From IMG/VR virus record IMGVR_UViG_3300025759_000119, positions 1 to 55,711 of that record: 55,711 nucleotides of DNA; one strand, given 5' to 3'. The DNA is from a virus. Its lineage: Duplodnaviria > Caudoviricetes. The number at the start of each line of letters is the position of its first letter. The first letter of the stretch is position 1. Positions 44,973 to 54,815 of the stretch are shown here, piece after piece. The position numbers and the translations under genes were made by a program. Below the pieces are notes generated by a model, which worked only from the letters and a program-made list of their open reading frames with translations, ran no database searches and was not told the DNA's origin.

Positions 44973-47362
44973 TACCCCCACAAATGGTTGACATGGCAAT
45001 GGGCCCGGGCGGCCCATCTGACTTAATGCCTGAAGAAATGCAGGTTGAACTTCCGGGTTTTGAGGACGAGCTACCACCGGGCATTGAGATTGCAGGTGAA
45101 GAAGAGATGGTCGAGGTTCAGACTGAGGAGTATGACCACAATGCCAATCTTGCTGAGGTCTTAGATGATTCCGTTTTGCAGGAAATTTCGTCTGATCTAC
45201 GGGCTAAAATTAAAGAAGACCAAGATTCCCGCGATGAGTGGGAAGAAGCTATTTCAAAAGGTCTGGGGCTTCTTGGTATTAACTATGAAGAGCGGACCGC
45301 GCCTTTCTTGGGGGCGTCTGGGGTGCATCACCCACTATTGTCTGAAGCAGTAACGCAGTTTCAAGCACAGTCGTATAAAGAAATGCTACCTTCTGGCGGC
45401 CCTGTTAAGACACAAATTCTTGGCACACCAACCAGAGAGACGGAAGATCAGGCGCAGCGTGTTGAAGATTTTATGAACTATCAGATTACTGAGGTAATGG
45501 AAGAGTTCGATCCAGACACTGATCAGATGCTTTACTATCTGCCACTGACTGGTTCTACATTTAAGAAAGTATACTTTGACCCCACAAAACAACGCGCTGT
45601 GTCAAAGTTTGTGCCTGCAGAAGATTTGATTGTACCCTACACTGCGTCTGACTTACGCACCGCAGAACGGGTAACTCATGTTTTCCGCATGACTGAAAAC
45701 GAAATTAGAAAACTGCAGTTTGCAGGGATTTACAAAGACGTAAATATTTCACCAGTTGAAGAGAGCGAAGATGAAGGAAAAATTCATAACCGTGCTAACG
45801 AGCTTACGGGAATACGTCCTAACTATGGGGACGATGTCTATACATTATATGAAGTCCACGTTGATCTCGACCTTGAGGGGTTTGAAGATACTGACATGCA
45901 GGGCGATCCCACGGGCATTCGGTTACCTTATATTGTTACCATTGATGAAGGTTCTGGAGAAGTTCTTAGCCTTGTTAGAAGCTATCGTGAAGCGGATCCC
46001 TTAAGGCGTCGCAGACAATATTTCACACACTATAAGTTTTTGCCGGGTTTTGGGTTCTACGGCTTTGGTCTTCTGCACACAATCGGTGGGTTGTCTCGTG
46101 CGGCGACCTCGATTTTGCGTCAGTTAATTGATGCGGGAACTTTGTCGAACCTGCCGGCTGGATTTAAAGCTAGGGGCGTTCGTATTCGTAATGACGATGA
46201 GCCGCTGTCCCCCGGCGAGTTCCGTGACATTGACGCTCCCGGCGGCGATCTTAAAAACTCTATTATCCCGCTGCCTTACAAAGAGCCGTCAGCTACACTT
46301 GCCCAGCTTCTTGGTGTAATTGTAGATTCTGGTCGTCGTTTTGCACAGGTGGCAGACTCAAAGGTAGCCGATGTTAACTCACAGGCTCCTGTTGGGACTA
46401 CGGTTGCATTAATTGAGCAGGGTTCAAAGGTAATCTCTAGCATTCACAAGCGTCTGCACTACGCACAGAAGCAAGAGTTTAGAATGCTGGCGGAGGTTTT
46501 TGCCAGTAACCCGATGCCTTATCCTTACTTTGTTGGGCAGAACATTCCCCCAGAGATTATGCAGCAGGACTTTGATGGGCGGATTGACATCTTACCAGTG
46601 TCTGACCCGAACATTTTCTCAATGTCTCAGCGTTTGTCTTTGGCGCAGACTCAGCTTCAGTTGGCTCAGGCAGCGCCGCAGCTTCACAATCAGTATGAAG
46701 CCTATCGCCGGATGTATGATGCGTTGGATGTAAAGAACATTGATGCAATTCTGCCAGCACCGCAGCCGCCACAGCCCATGGATCCTGCAAAGGAGAACTC
46801 TGCTGCATTGAAAGGGTCGCCGTCACAGGCATTCCCACAGCAAGATCATAGGGCGCACATTCGTGTACACGCATCTATGATTCAGTCCCCGGCTATTCAA
46901 GCTAACCCACAGGCGTTTTTGATTTTGCAGTCTCATGTTCAGGATCATGTTTCTCTGTTTGCTCGGGACATTGTGCAGGAAGTGTTTAAAAACGCTATGC
47001 AGCAGGCACAAATGGCCGGCGAACCAATCCCACAGATTGATCCAAACGTAGTTGAGGCTATGGTTGCACAGCAAACGGCTGAAACACTGGAGCAGCTAGC
47101 GCCGCTCTTAATGCCGGCACAGCAGCCTGATCCGCTTGTAGAAATCCGCAAGCAGGAGCTAGAGATCGATCAACTGGAAGTTCAGCGCAAGATGCAGAAC
47201 GATACAATGGACTTCCAAATTGATCAGGCTAAGTTGCAACAGGCAGCTAACCTAGCCATGCAGCGGATGCAAACACAACAGGGTATCGCGGATGACCGGA
47301 ATGATGTGAATATCTATCGCATCAACACACAGGCCGGGCTAGCTAGGAACCGTGGACAGTGA
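44966..47362 (+). CDS. Portal protein
   Basis: 798 aa downstream of terL; HPLL.EA..QFQA, FMNYQ, GFYGFGL motifs; Gln-rich barrel-like C-term. Confidence 0.85.
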   Translation: MALPPQMVDMAMGPGGPSDLMPEEMQVELPGFEDELPPGIEIAGEEEMVEVQTEEYDHNANLAEVLDDSVLQEISSDLRAKIKEDQDSRDEWEEAISKGLGLLGINYEERTAPFLGASGVHHPLLSEAVTQFQAQSYKEMLPSGGPVKTQILGTPTRETEDQAQRVEDFMNYQITEVMEEFDPDTDQMLYYLPLTGSTFKKVYFDPTKQRAVSKFVPAEDLIVPYTASDLRTAERVTHVFRMTENEIRKLQFAGIYKDVNISPVEESEDEGKIHNRANELTGIRPNYGDDVYTLYEVHVDLDLEGFEDTDMQGDPTGIRLPYIVTIDEGSGEVLSLVRSYREADPLRRRRQYFTHYKFLPGFGFYGFGLLHTIGGLSRAATSILRQLIDAGTLSNLPAGFKARGVRIRNDDEPLSPGEFRDIDAPGGDLKNSIIPLPYKEPSATLAQLLGVIVDSGRRFAQVADSKVADVNSQAPVGTTVALIEQGSKVISSIHKRLHYAQKQEFRMLAEVFASNPMPYPYFVGQNIPPEIMQQDFDGRIDILPVSDPNIFSMSQRLSLAQTQLQLAQAAPQLHNQYEAYRRMYDALDVKNIDAILPAPQPPQPMDPAKENSAALKGSPSQAFPQQDHRAHIRVHASMIQSPAIQANPQAFLILQSHVQDHVSLFARDIVQEVFKNAMQQAQMAGEPIPQIDPNVVEAMVAQQTAETLEQLAPLLMPAQQPDPLVEIRKQELEIDQLEVQRKMQNDTMDFQIDQAKLQQAANLAMQRMQTQQGIADDRNDVNIYRINTQAGLARNRGQ

Positions 47363-47364
47363 TC

Positions 47365-47436
47365 ATGTGGGACATGCACAATCGCACGACTAAAGAGCAG
47401 GCTGAAAGGAATCGTAAAAGATGCTCCAAGCACTAA
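47365..47436 (+). CDS. Possible 23-aa peptide
   Basis: MWDMHNRTTKEQAERNRKRCSKH* filling the portal-holin gap. Confidence 0.25.
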   Translation: MWDMHNRTTKEQAERNRKRCSKH

Positions 47437-47816
47437 TAGGTCCGGCTACCGACTTGATCGGTAAGTTTGTTGAAGACAAAGACCAGAAGAACAAGCTGGC
47501 GCATGAGATTGCCACTATGGCGGAGCGTCATGCACAGGAGCTTGCCAAGGGTCAGTTGGCTATCAATGCTGAAGAAGCCAAGTCACGGAACTTGTTCGTG
47601 GCGGGTTGGCGCCCGAGTGTTGGCTGGTGCTGTAGCTTGGCCTTGTTCGCTCACTTTTTGGTCTTCCCTACTATGGATGTAGTAACTGCCTACATGGGCG
47701 TTGAGCCAGTAGCTTATCCTCAGTTTGATATGGACAGCTTGATGACTGTCTTACTGGGCATGCTTGGGCTTGGGGGGATGCGTAGCTTCGAGAAGGCCAA
47801 GGGTTTAACAAAGTAA
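47421..47816 (+). CDS. Holin (GTA-type 3TM family)
   Basis: EA.S..LFVAGWRP.VGW; LLGMLGLGGMRSFEK. Confidence 0.8.
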   Translation: MLQALIGPATDLIGKFVEDKDQKNKLAHEIATMAERHAQELAKGQLAINAEEAKSRNLFVAGWRPSVGWCCSLALFAHFLVFPTMDVVTAYMGVEPVAYPQFDMDSLMTVLLGMLGLGGMRSFEKAKGLTK

Positions 47817-47926
47817 TGGCTAAAAAAGTAGACAGCACCCCCATCCGTCGCAAGCGCATTCGGCGTCCGGGACAGCATAAAAAGAATATGAACAAACGCA
47901 ACAAAGTCAAGACTTTCTTTGGGTAG
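47816..47926 (+). CDS. 36-aa highly basic peptide (not in ORF track)
   Basis: MAKKVDSTPIRRKRIRRPGQHKKNMNKRNKVKTFFG*; TAATG coupling. Confidence 0.55.
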   Translation: MAKKVDSTPIRRKRIRRPGQHKKNMNKRNKVKTFFG

Positions 47927-47928
47927 TT

Positions 47929-48132
47929 ATGGTGAGCGTAGAGACTTTTCTTAAATGGAAGATTCTGCCACGCTTTATGATGTTGGCTAGCACCATAATG
48001 TCATGGCGTTGTGCTGAGTGGTTCATGGCCTTGGACGTTCCGACTGCTGCTCAGTCGGCATTCGTGTCTGTGGTCATGGGTGTTATGACTGGTGTTTTTG
48101 GGATTTGGATGGGTCATGAGCACAAAGGTTAA
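47929..48132 (+). CDS. Two-TM membrane protein
   Basis: W.ILPR.MM; WFM.L..PT..Q; two hydrophobic segments. Confidence 0.65.
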   Translation: MVSVETFLKWKILPRFMMLASTIMSWRCAEWFMALDVPTAAQSAFVSVVMGVMTGVFGIWMGHEHKG

Positions 48133-48244
48133 AAGCCCGTGCGTGGGTATTTGTGTGTTAGACAAAGAACGTGTAAGATGTATTGGCTGTGGTCGTACCA
48201 TAGACGAGATAATTAGTTATGGCAAAACTAGGGTAGAAGACTGA
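48116..48244 (+). CDS. DUF1289-like Cys-rich protein (not in ORF track)
   Basis: SPCVGICVLD...CIGCGRTIDEI; TGATG coupling. Confidence 0.7.
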   Translation: MSTKVKSPCVGICVLDKERVRCIGCGRTIDEIISYGKTRVED

Positions 48245-49083
48245 TGTATGCTCCAATGAAAATGGGATTTCCTACGGGCATGGCTGGGGGTGGTATCACT
48301 CAGTTCTTGCAGCCGTTGCAGGAATATTTATCCCAGCAAGTTGTGCAGCAGCAGGTTCAGCCCTTTATAACTGAGGTTTCTGATGAGGCGCAGGAAAGAT
48401 TTAATCTTGGCGGCACCGGCAGCAACGACATATTTAGTAACGACATATTTGATAATAATATGTTTCAGGGTAATAGCGGTGGCATAGGTACGTTACCATC
48501 AAACGACCTACTTCCGGCTATTAAAGATGCTCAAGCGTTGTATGGTGGAAATGAACCTATGCCGGGTATTGCACCCGATCCGAGGCCACTAATGAACGGT
48601 TTCCCATCGCCGAATGAACCTATGCAGCCGGCAGTCCCAGATATCGATCAGGGTTTTTTTGACTCAGATGAGTATCTTAATTTTATGAGTAAGCCTCAAA
48701 TAGGTACACAAGATATTTATATGAGTCGCTATTTTGGTCAGATGGGTTCTGGTAGCTTGGGCGGTATGCAAGAAAAAGCATATGAAGACTATCTACGGCG
48801 CACGGGGCAGACCGATAAAATTATGGATACCAATCCTTTTGCTCCTACCGTGGGTATGCTCTCTACGCAACCTACGCAGCTTCCGGGGCCTAGACTTCCA
48901 ACTTTTACAGGTACAGGAAATGACGGCTTTGGAAGCGCTTCACAGGGGCCGTTAGATTTTTATAACCCTTCCGTTGGGCCAATGTATGGGCCAGAAGGAA
49001 CTTACTCTTTAACTGGTGGTCCACGACCTGTCTCGCAGGATCCGTATCAACGGACCCTATTTTCTGGAGCGGTGAATCAATAA
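48244..49083 (+). CDS. Low-complexity Pro/Gly/Gln-rich protein
   Basis: 279 aa; MAGGG near N-term; coupled. Confidence 0.55.
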   Translation: MYAPMKMGFPTGMAGGGITQFLQPLQEYLSQQVVQQQVQPFITEVSDEAQERFNLGGTGSNDIFSNDIFDNNMFQGNSGGIGTLPSNDLLPAIKDAQALYGGNEPMPGIAPDPRPLMNGFPSPNEPMQPAVPDIDQGFFDSDEYLNFMSKPQIGTQDIYMSRYFGQMGSGSLGGMQEKAYEDYLRRTGQTDKIMDTNPFAPTVGMLSTQPTQLPGPRLPTFTGTGNDGFGSASQGPLDFYNPSVGPMYGPEGTYSLTGGPRPVSQDPYQRTLFSGAVNQ

Positions 49084-49526
49084 TGGCGAAGGTAAGATTA
49101 AATCAGTTTGCGGAAGACCTTGGTATTAACCGTTCCTCTGCACAGAAACTTATGAAAAAGGCTCGAGGCCGCAAGGATGGCGGGTCAAATGTAATTAAAA
49201 AATATTCCCCGGGGCTTCAAGATCGTATGAAACGGTTTGAGGATGCCGAGCGTATTTTCAGAGAAGACACAAAGATTGGAACAAAAATGGAAAAATCATC
49301 TTCAAAACCAAAGTCCAAGCGTAAGGCTTTTGATGAGTATTACGAAAAGCACGGCGAGGTTCATCCGAAAGACCCTCGGACAAAGCGTGATCATCCTATG
49401 AACCGTGAAGGTCGCCCGCTTGTCACAGAGACCGAAGACATTGTCGAAGCCAAGGCTGGCAAGTATATGGCTTGCGGCGGCTATGGTAAAGCAATTCAAG
49501 GCACGAAGTTCACCGGAGTTAAGTAA
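49083..49526 (+). CDS. Basic protein with C-terminal KFTGVK tag
   Basis: GG.GKAIQGTKFTGVK*. Confidence 0.6.
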   Translation: MAKVRLNQFAEDLGINRSSAQKLMKKARGRKDGGSNVIKKYSPGLQDRMKRFEDAERIFREDTKIGTKMEKSSSKPKSKRKAFDEYYEKHGEVHPKDPRTKRDHPMNREGRPLVTETEDIVEAKAGKYMACGGYGKAIQGTKFTGVK

Positions 49527-50827
49527 TGGGTAACTGGAACCAAGGTTCATCTGGTCTGTCCGATGAGGATATGGATCAATCTCTACAGCAAGATATTGCT
49601 GCGGCTAATTTTGCTGCATCGGGGGGAGATCTTGGTGACTATACCTTTGGCGGAAACTTTGTAAACGACGCTGACAACCCGGGCTACACTGGTACTTCGA
49701 CCAATATGAACCAAGCTGTAGCAGACATGCAGGGTCTTTTTAATACTCAACGTGGAATTACTGCCTCGAATCCATATGGTAAAGAGGGCTTTTTTAGCCG
49801 GGTTTTGGGTATAGACCCCAGTAAGATCGACTATTCAGGTAATATGGATCTCAATACTCGTATGGGTATTGCTAGGAACCAGTTTTCTAAGTACATGAAC
49901 CCTCAAAATGTAAAGGGTCAAATTGGTTACAATGACGCTTATGACACGGCTGAAAAAGGAAAGCTTCGTGCAGGAGTGCAGGACGCAGGCTACCAAACAG
50001 TTTACGGGCCTGTGATGGAACAGGCTCGAAAGCAAGGCATAGGTGAAATGCTTGCTCGTGGAGCGATGGGTCTTTTTGGTGGCCTTCCGGGGTTGGCGTT
50101 GGGTCAGATAGGTACACAAGAATATGGCTTGCCGGGGGTGGATGGTTTTGACTCATTCAACCCCAATAACCCTCGCGCGGGTGGCGGCATTTTGGGTAGT
50201 ATGATGCTTGGCGGCCTCAATACAAGTCAAGCAGCGGCTCAAGCAGCACAGGCAGTAGATACTCTTCGGGCAAGGTTTTCCCCAAACCTTGCCCCTACCA
50301 CTAACGCTGGCATAGGATCTTTGACCCCAGCTAACTATGAGACAAGAGCCGACATCCGTAATCGTGTGACACCCACTGCTCCAGCGATGGGCTCGGTGTT
50401 TGAGGTTGATGGGCGATCTTTTATAGCAGGGAAAAACGGTCCTATCGAACTGTCTGGAGTTAGTTTACCTAACTTTCGTTCATCTCGTCCAACCGAAGCT
50501 ACGATTGACAAGGGGCAAGGCCAAATTTTGGGTGTGCAAGATTATTTTCAAAATCAATTCGCCGCTCCTGCCAATCAATCTGAAACCCTCACGGATAAGA
50601 TGAACCTAGGTTTGAGAGATAGCCGACTCGGCACCCCTTCAGGAATACAAAATACGGGACTTTTTGGTGAGAATCCTAAAGCTGCCGGTTTTCGGACTAT
50701 CGGGGAAATGATACAGTCGGTTATTAACGAAGAAAATTTACCTGACAATCAGAACATGTACGGCTCGGGAACGCCAGACCTAAATGATATTTTGAATATG
50801 TACGGCATGGAGACAGTTGGACAATGA
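49526..50827 (+). CDS. Gly-rich hypothetical protein (putative internal virion protein)
   Basis: 433 aa; coupled at both ends. Confidence 0.55.
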   Translation: MGNWNQGSSGLSDEDMDQSLQQDIAAANFAASGGDLGDYTFGGNFVNDADNPGYTGTSTNMNQAVADMQGLFNTQRGITASNPYGKEGFFSRVLGIDPSKIDYSGNMDLNTRMGIARNQFSKYMNPQNVKGQIGYNDAYDTAEKGKLRAGVQDAGYQTVYGPVMEQARKQGIGEMLARGAMGLFGGLPGLALGQIGTQEYGLPGVDGFDSFNPNNPRAGGGILGSMMLGGLNTSQAAAQAAQAVDTLRARFSPNLAPTTNAGIGSLTPANYETRADIRNRVTPTAPAMGSVFEVDGRSFIAGKNGPIELSGVSLPNFRSSRPTEATIDKGQGQILGVQDYFQNQFAAPANQSETLTDKMNLGLRDSRLGTPSGIQNTGLFGENPKAAGFRTIGEMIQSVINEENLPDNQNMYGSGTPDLNDILNMYGMETVGQ

Positions 50828-51228
50828 GAATTGAAATTAAACTAATCCCTGACGGGCTTGATCTAGGAAAAGCAATTCAAGATGGCATCCCTGTAGACAA
50901 AATGCAGGATGCATGCCCTATTGCCACGCAGGATCTTGAGACTAACGAAGAGAACAAGCGCCTTGCCATCAAAGAACATCAGTACGGCCCGGCAGTTAAT
51001 CCAGAAGAAAGCTGCGGTGTTTGCGCTGTATTCAACATTACAGAGCATATGCAGCAGTGTATGAAGGACGAAACCGGAGAAATCGGTTATTGTCAGTTGC
51101 TTAAGTTTATGTGCAGTGCTAGAAACAGTTGTGCAGCATGGGAAGAGGGCGGTCCATTGACGGACATGCCGAACGAGCATGGATCTACATGTGCTTGTGG
51201 TAAGCCCGACTGCGACTGTGGAGAGTAA
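50824..51228 (+). CDS. Cys-rich protein with HiPIP-like Cys spacing
   Basis: CGVC.VF...GYCQL...C.AW; C-term CACGKPDCDC. Confidence 0.55.
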   Translation: MRIEIKLIPDGLDLGKAIQDGIPVDKMQDACPIATQDLETNEENKRLAIKEHQYGPAVNPEESCGVCAVFNITEHMQQCMKDETGEIGYCQLLKFMCSARNSCAAWEEGGPLTDMPNEHGSTCACGKPDCDCGE

Positions 51229-51438
51229 ATGGACGTATCTCTTTTTGTTTCAAGGTACAGAAAAGCCTTGAAAAACCGCATAGAAGACATTAGTGTCTCT
51301 ATAACAAGTGGTAGTGTTTCCAACATGGAAAATTACCGCGCATCCGTAGGTGAGATTCAGGGGCTCACCTATGCACTTGATGAACTTCACGCCCTGCTAC
51401 AGAAGGTTAATTATGACGACGACTCTGATAGTACCTGA
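51229..51438 (+). CDS. Conserved small head-module protein
   Basis: Y...VG.IQGL motif upstream of GroES. Confidence 0.65.
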   Translation: MDVSLFVSRYRKALKNRIEDISVSITSGSVSNMENYRASVGEIQGLTYALDELHALLQKVNYDDDSDST

Positions 51439-51844
51439 CTACATCCTCGCGCAACGTGAGGCAAAAAAGAAAGCCGAAGAGGCTGCAAAACAAAAAACCC
51501 TAAAAGAAAGAATTCCGCAACCCACTGGTTGGCGTTTGCTCGTCATGCCGTATATGGGTCGTGAGAAGACTGAAGGTGGGGTTTATGTACCTGATCAAGC
51601 AAGAGAGCGTGAGGCACGAGCCACTGTCGTAGCTTATGTACTAAAGGTAGGACCTTTGGCATATAAGGACGAGGATAAGTTCGGCGACGCTGGACCGTGG
51701 TGTTCTGAGGGCGATTGGGTATGTATCGGAAGATATGCTGGTTCTCGATTCCAGATTGAGGGTGGCGAAGTCCGGATTATTAACGATGATGAAGTCATCG
51801 CAACCATCGTCGATCCAGACGATATAAAAACATACGGAGCTTAG
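51413..51844 (+). CDS. groES: Co-chaperonin GroES
   Basis: PTGWRLLV.P; KTEGGV; VLKVGPLAY; GDWV..GRYAG; RIINDDEV.A. Confidence 0.85.
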   Translation: MTTTLIVPDYILAQREAKKKAEEAAKQKTLKERIPQPTGWRLLVMPYMGREKTEGGVYVPDQAREREARATVVAYVLKVGPLAYKDEDKFGDAGPWCSEGDWVCIGRYAGSRFQIEGGEVRIINDDEVIATIVDPDDIKTYGA

Positions 51845-51845
51845 T

Positions 51846-52730
51846 ATGCAAGAAGAACTACCCGAAAAAGAAGAACTAGAAATTATAGCCGAGGACGAAG
51901 AAGGTGGTGAGGTTGAAGAGCAAAAGGAAGAGCTTAAAGCTGAAGACCAAGCAGAGTCTAAGGACGATGATGATGAATTAGAGAATTATTCCGAGTCTGT
52001 TCAGCGCCGTATTCGTAAGCTTACAAGCAAGTATCGTGAAGAAGAGCGGCAGAGACAGGCGGCTATTGAATACGCTGAAGCGGTAAAAAGACAAAATGAT
52101 GAGCTACAGCATCGTCTAACAAAATTAGACGAGTCTTATGTTGGTGAGTTTGGGACGCGGCTAGAGTCTCAGGTGATAGCAGCAAAAGAAGCTTACAGAA
52201 AAGCTCATGACGAGGGTGATGTTGACGCCATGTTTGAGGCGCAAGAAAACATCAGTCGTCTTGCAATGGAGCGGTCTCGCTACGATCAAATCAAACAACG
52301 TAATGAGGCAGCACCCGCCCGTCAACAAGCTCCTCAAGAAGTTCCAGCACAAGCTCCACAAAGAGCGGCGCCGGCTAGGCCAGATCCAAAAGCTGAGGCT
52401 TGGGCGGAAAAGAACAACTGGTTTGGGCAAGATCAGACCATGACATATGCTGCTTTTGGCATACATCGTCAATTAATTGAGGATGAGGGGTTTGACCCAA
52501 CGTCCGATGAGTACTATACTGAGTTAGATCGCAGAGTCCGTGTTGAGTTTCCACACAAGTTTCAGAACTCAAGACGGGATGCGGGACCCAGAGTCGCTTC
52601 TGCTGAGTCCACGGCTTCTAAGTCGTCATCTAAGGGGCGCAGAACAGTTAAATTGACTCCTTCGCAAATATCAATTGCGAAACGTCTGAATGTTCCGCTT
52701 GAAGAATATGCAAAGTATGTGAAGGATTAA
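51846..52730 (+). CDS. Putative capsid scaffolding protein
   Basis: Acidic N-term, coiled coil, W...N.WFG, VKLT..Q..IAKRL...EEYAK C-term. Confidence 0.65.
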   Translation: MQEELPEKEELEIIAEDEEGGEVEEQKEELKAEDQAESKDDDDELENYSESVQRRIRKLTSKYREEERQRQAAIEYAEAVKRQNDELQHRLTKLDESYVGEFGTRLESQVIAAKEAYRKAHDEGDVDAMFEAQENISRLAMERSRYDQIKQRNEAAPARQQAPQEVPAQAPQRAAPARPDPKAEAWAEKNNWFGQDQTMTYAAFGIHRQLIEDEGFDPTSDEYYTELDRRVRVEFPHKFQNSRRDAGPRVASAESTASKSSSKGRRTVKLTPSQISIAKRLNVPLEEYAKYVKD

Positions 52731-52733
52731 ACA

Positions 52734-53186
52734 ATGGCTGATAGAACAACTCGCGAAGCAACAACTCGCGCAAAAACTACACGGCGTAAGCCGTGGACAC
52801 CGCCTTCTAAGTTGGAGGCACCGGAAGCACCAGCAGGCTACAAGCATCGTTGGATTCGTACATCTATTCGTGGCGAAGATGACAAGTTGAATGTGAATGC
52901 AAAGATCCGGGAAGGGTGGGAACCAGTAAGGGCAGAAGAATATCCTGAACTGGCCGACCGTTATCCAACGATTGAAGATGGTAAACATGCTGGAGTTATC
53001 GGGGTAGGCGGACTAATGCTTGCTCGAATTCCAGAAGAAACGGTAGATGAAAGAACTGAATATTTCCGGGAGCAGACCCGCAATCAAATGAAAGCCGTGG
53101 ACGATAACCTGATGAGGGAACAACACCCCTCAATGCCGATTCATAATGAACGGAAAAGTCGTGTATCATTCGGGGGCAAGGACTAA
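52734..53186 (+). CDS. Conserved head-module protein
   Basis: PAGYKHRWIR; REGWEPV; GGLMLARIP. Confidence 0.7.
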   Translation: MADRTTREATTRAKTTRRKPWTPPSKLEAPEAPAGYKHRWIRTSIRGEDDKLNVNAKIREGWEPVRAEEYPELADRYPTIEDGKHAGVIGVGGLMLARIPEETVDERTEYFREQTRNQMKAVDDNLMREQHPSMPIHNERKSRVSFGGKD

Positions 53187-53212
53187 CCCCCACACTTGAT
53201 AAGGAGTAAGCA

Positions 53213-53827
53213 ATGGCAAACACTAATGTTGCCTTCGGCCTCAAGCCGATCAATACTGCCGGTAGCACACCTGCTACTAGCGGTACAAACGCATACTTCA
53301 TCGACAGCAGCGCAAGCGCGATCTATCAGGGGTCAATGGTGAAAGCGGATAACGGTGGTGAAATCGTTATTTGTTCTGCAACCGGTGACACTGAGGCTCC
53401 CGTAGGCGTATTCGCTGGCTGTGAGTATGTTTCTTCCGTGACTGGTAAAAAGGTCTTTTCAAATTATTGGCCCGGTTCGGGTGCGAACACAAACTTCGAT
53501 ATTATCGGATATGTGTACGACAACCCGATGCAGCGCTTTATAATTGCGACAGACGCAACCATCACAAACAAAGCTACTGCTGTAGCAGCCATTTTTGAGA
53601 ACTCACAGTTCAATAGTGGCGCAAGCGGCAGCACAACCACTGGCATTTCTAGCGCACAGCTTGATGTTGCAACTCTTGACGCAGCCAACGCTTCTCTTCC
53701 TTTGAAGATTGTTGGTATTCTTGATGATCCAGAGAATGCAGACTTCACTGCCGCCGGTATTCCTATGATTGTGATGCTTAATAACCACGCACTGCTTCAG
53801 TCTAATTCTGAAGCTGCAATCGCTTAA
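53213..53827 (+). CDS. Putative capsid decoration/minor capsid protein
   Basis: MAN...FGLKP; GVF.GC.Y; immediately upstream of the MCP. Confidence 0.6.
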   Translation: MANTNVAFGLKPINTAGSTPATSGTNAYFIDSSASAIYQGSMVKADNGGEIVICSATGDTEAPVGVFAGCEYVSSVTGKKVFSNYWPGSGANTNFDIIGYVYDNPMQRFIIATDATITNKATAVAAIFENSQFNSGASGSTTTGISSAQLDVATLDAANASLPLKIVGILDDPENADFTAAGIPMIVMLNNHALLQSNSEAAIA

Positions 53828-53839
53828 GGGAGTTTAGAT

Positions 53840-54751
53840 ATGGCTATTTCTCGCGCACAACTCGCCAAAGAACTAGAGCCCGGTCTAAATGCTCTCTTTG
53901 GTATGGAATACAACCGGTACGAGAACCAGCATTCCGAAATCTTCGACACAGAGTCATCTGACCGTGCGTTCGAAGAAGAGGTAATGTTGTCTGGATTCGG
54001 GGCTGCACCGACTAAAGGTGAAGGCACAGGTGTATCATATGATGATGCACAAGAAGCCTACACTGCTCGGTACAACCACGAGACAGTTGCTATGGCCTTC
54101 TCAATCACTGAGGAAGCTGTAGAAGACAATCTCTATGATCGTCTAGCATCTCGTTACACTCGTGCCCTCGCTCGTTCGATGGCACACACAAAGCAGGTTA
54201 AAGCTGCGGCTATCCTGAACAACGCATTCTCTGCCGGCGCATTTGCTGGTGGTGACGGTGTTGCTCTGTGTGACGCATCACACCCGCTTACATCTGGCGG
54301 CACTTTTGCCAACGAGCCGGGCGTCGCTGCTGATTTGAACGAAACTTCTTTGGAAGACGCTCTTATCAACATCGCAGGTTTCGTGGATGAGCGCGGCCTG
54401 ATTGTTGCCCTTCGTGGCATGAAGCTGATCATTCCTCGTCAGCTTCAGTTTGTTGCCGAGCGTTTGCTCGTATCAAACCTTCGGGTTGGTACAGCCGACA
54501 ACGACATCAACGCCATCAAGTCTTCAGGAATGCTGCCAGAAGGTTATGTAGTCAACGACTTCCTAACCGACACTGACGCCTTCTTCATCAAGACTGATGC
54601 GCCAAACGGCTTCAAGCACTTTGAGCGCATGGCTTTGTCAACTGCAATGGATCCAGACTTCGACACTGGCAACATGCGGTTTAAAGCTCGTGAGCGTTAC
54701 AGCTTCGGCTTCTCAGACCCACGCACTGTGTTCGGTTCACCGGGCGCATAA
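53840..54751 (+). CDS. Major capsid protein (Mu gpT-like family)
   Basis: MAISRAQLAKELEPGLNALFG; SDRAFEEE; GGDGV.L...HP; KARERYSFG. Confidence 0.85.
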   Translation: MAISRAQLAKELEPGLNALFGMEYNRYENQHSEIFDTESSDRAFEEEVMLSGFGAAPTKGEGTGVSYDDAQEAYTARYNHETVAMAFSITEEAVEDNLYDRLASRYTRALARSMAHTKQVKAAAILNNAFSAGAFAGGDGVALCDASHPLTSGGTFANEPGVAADLNETSLEDALINIAGFVDERGLIVALRGMKLIIPRQLQFVAERLLVSNLRVGTADNDINAIKSSGMLPEGYVVNDFLTDTDAFFIKTDAPNGFKHFERMALSTAMDPDFDTGNMRFKARERYSFGFSDPRTVFGSPGA

Positions 54752-54770
54752 GCGTAGGCAAAATGAATAC

Positions 54771-54800
54771 AAAGGGCGGCTTTCGTGCCGCCCTTTTTTT
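54771..54800 (+). terminator. Rho-independent terminator after the MCP
   Basis: AAAGGGCGGC-TTTCGT-GCCGCCCTTT then T tract. Confidence 0.8.
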
Positions 54801-54815
54801 GTGTATAATAAGTCA

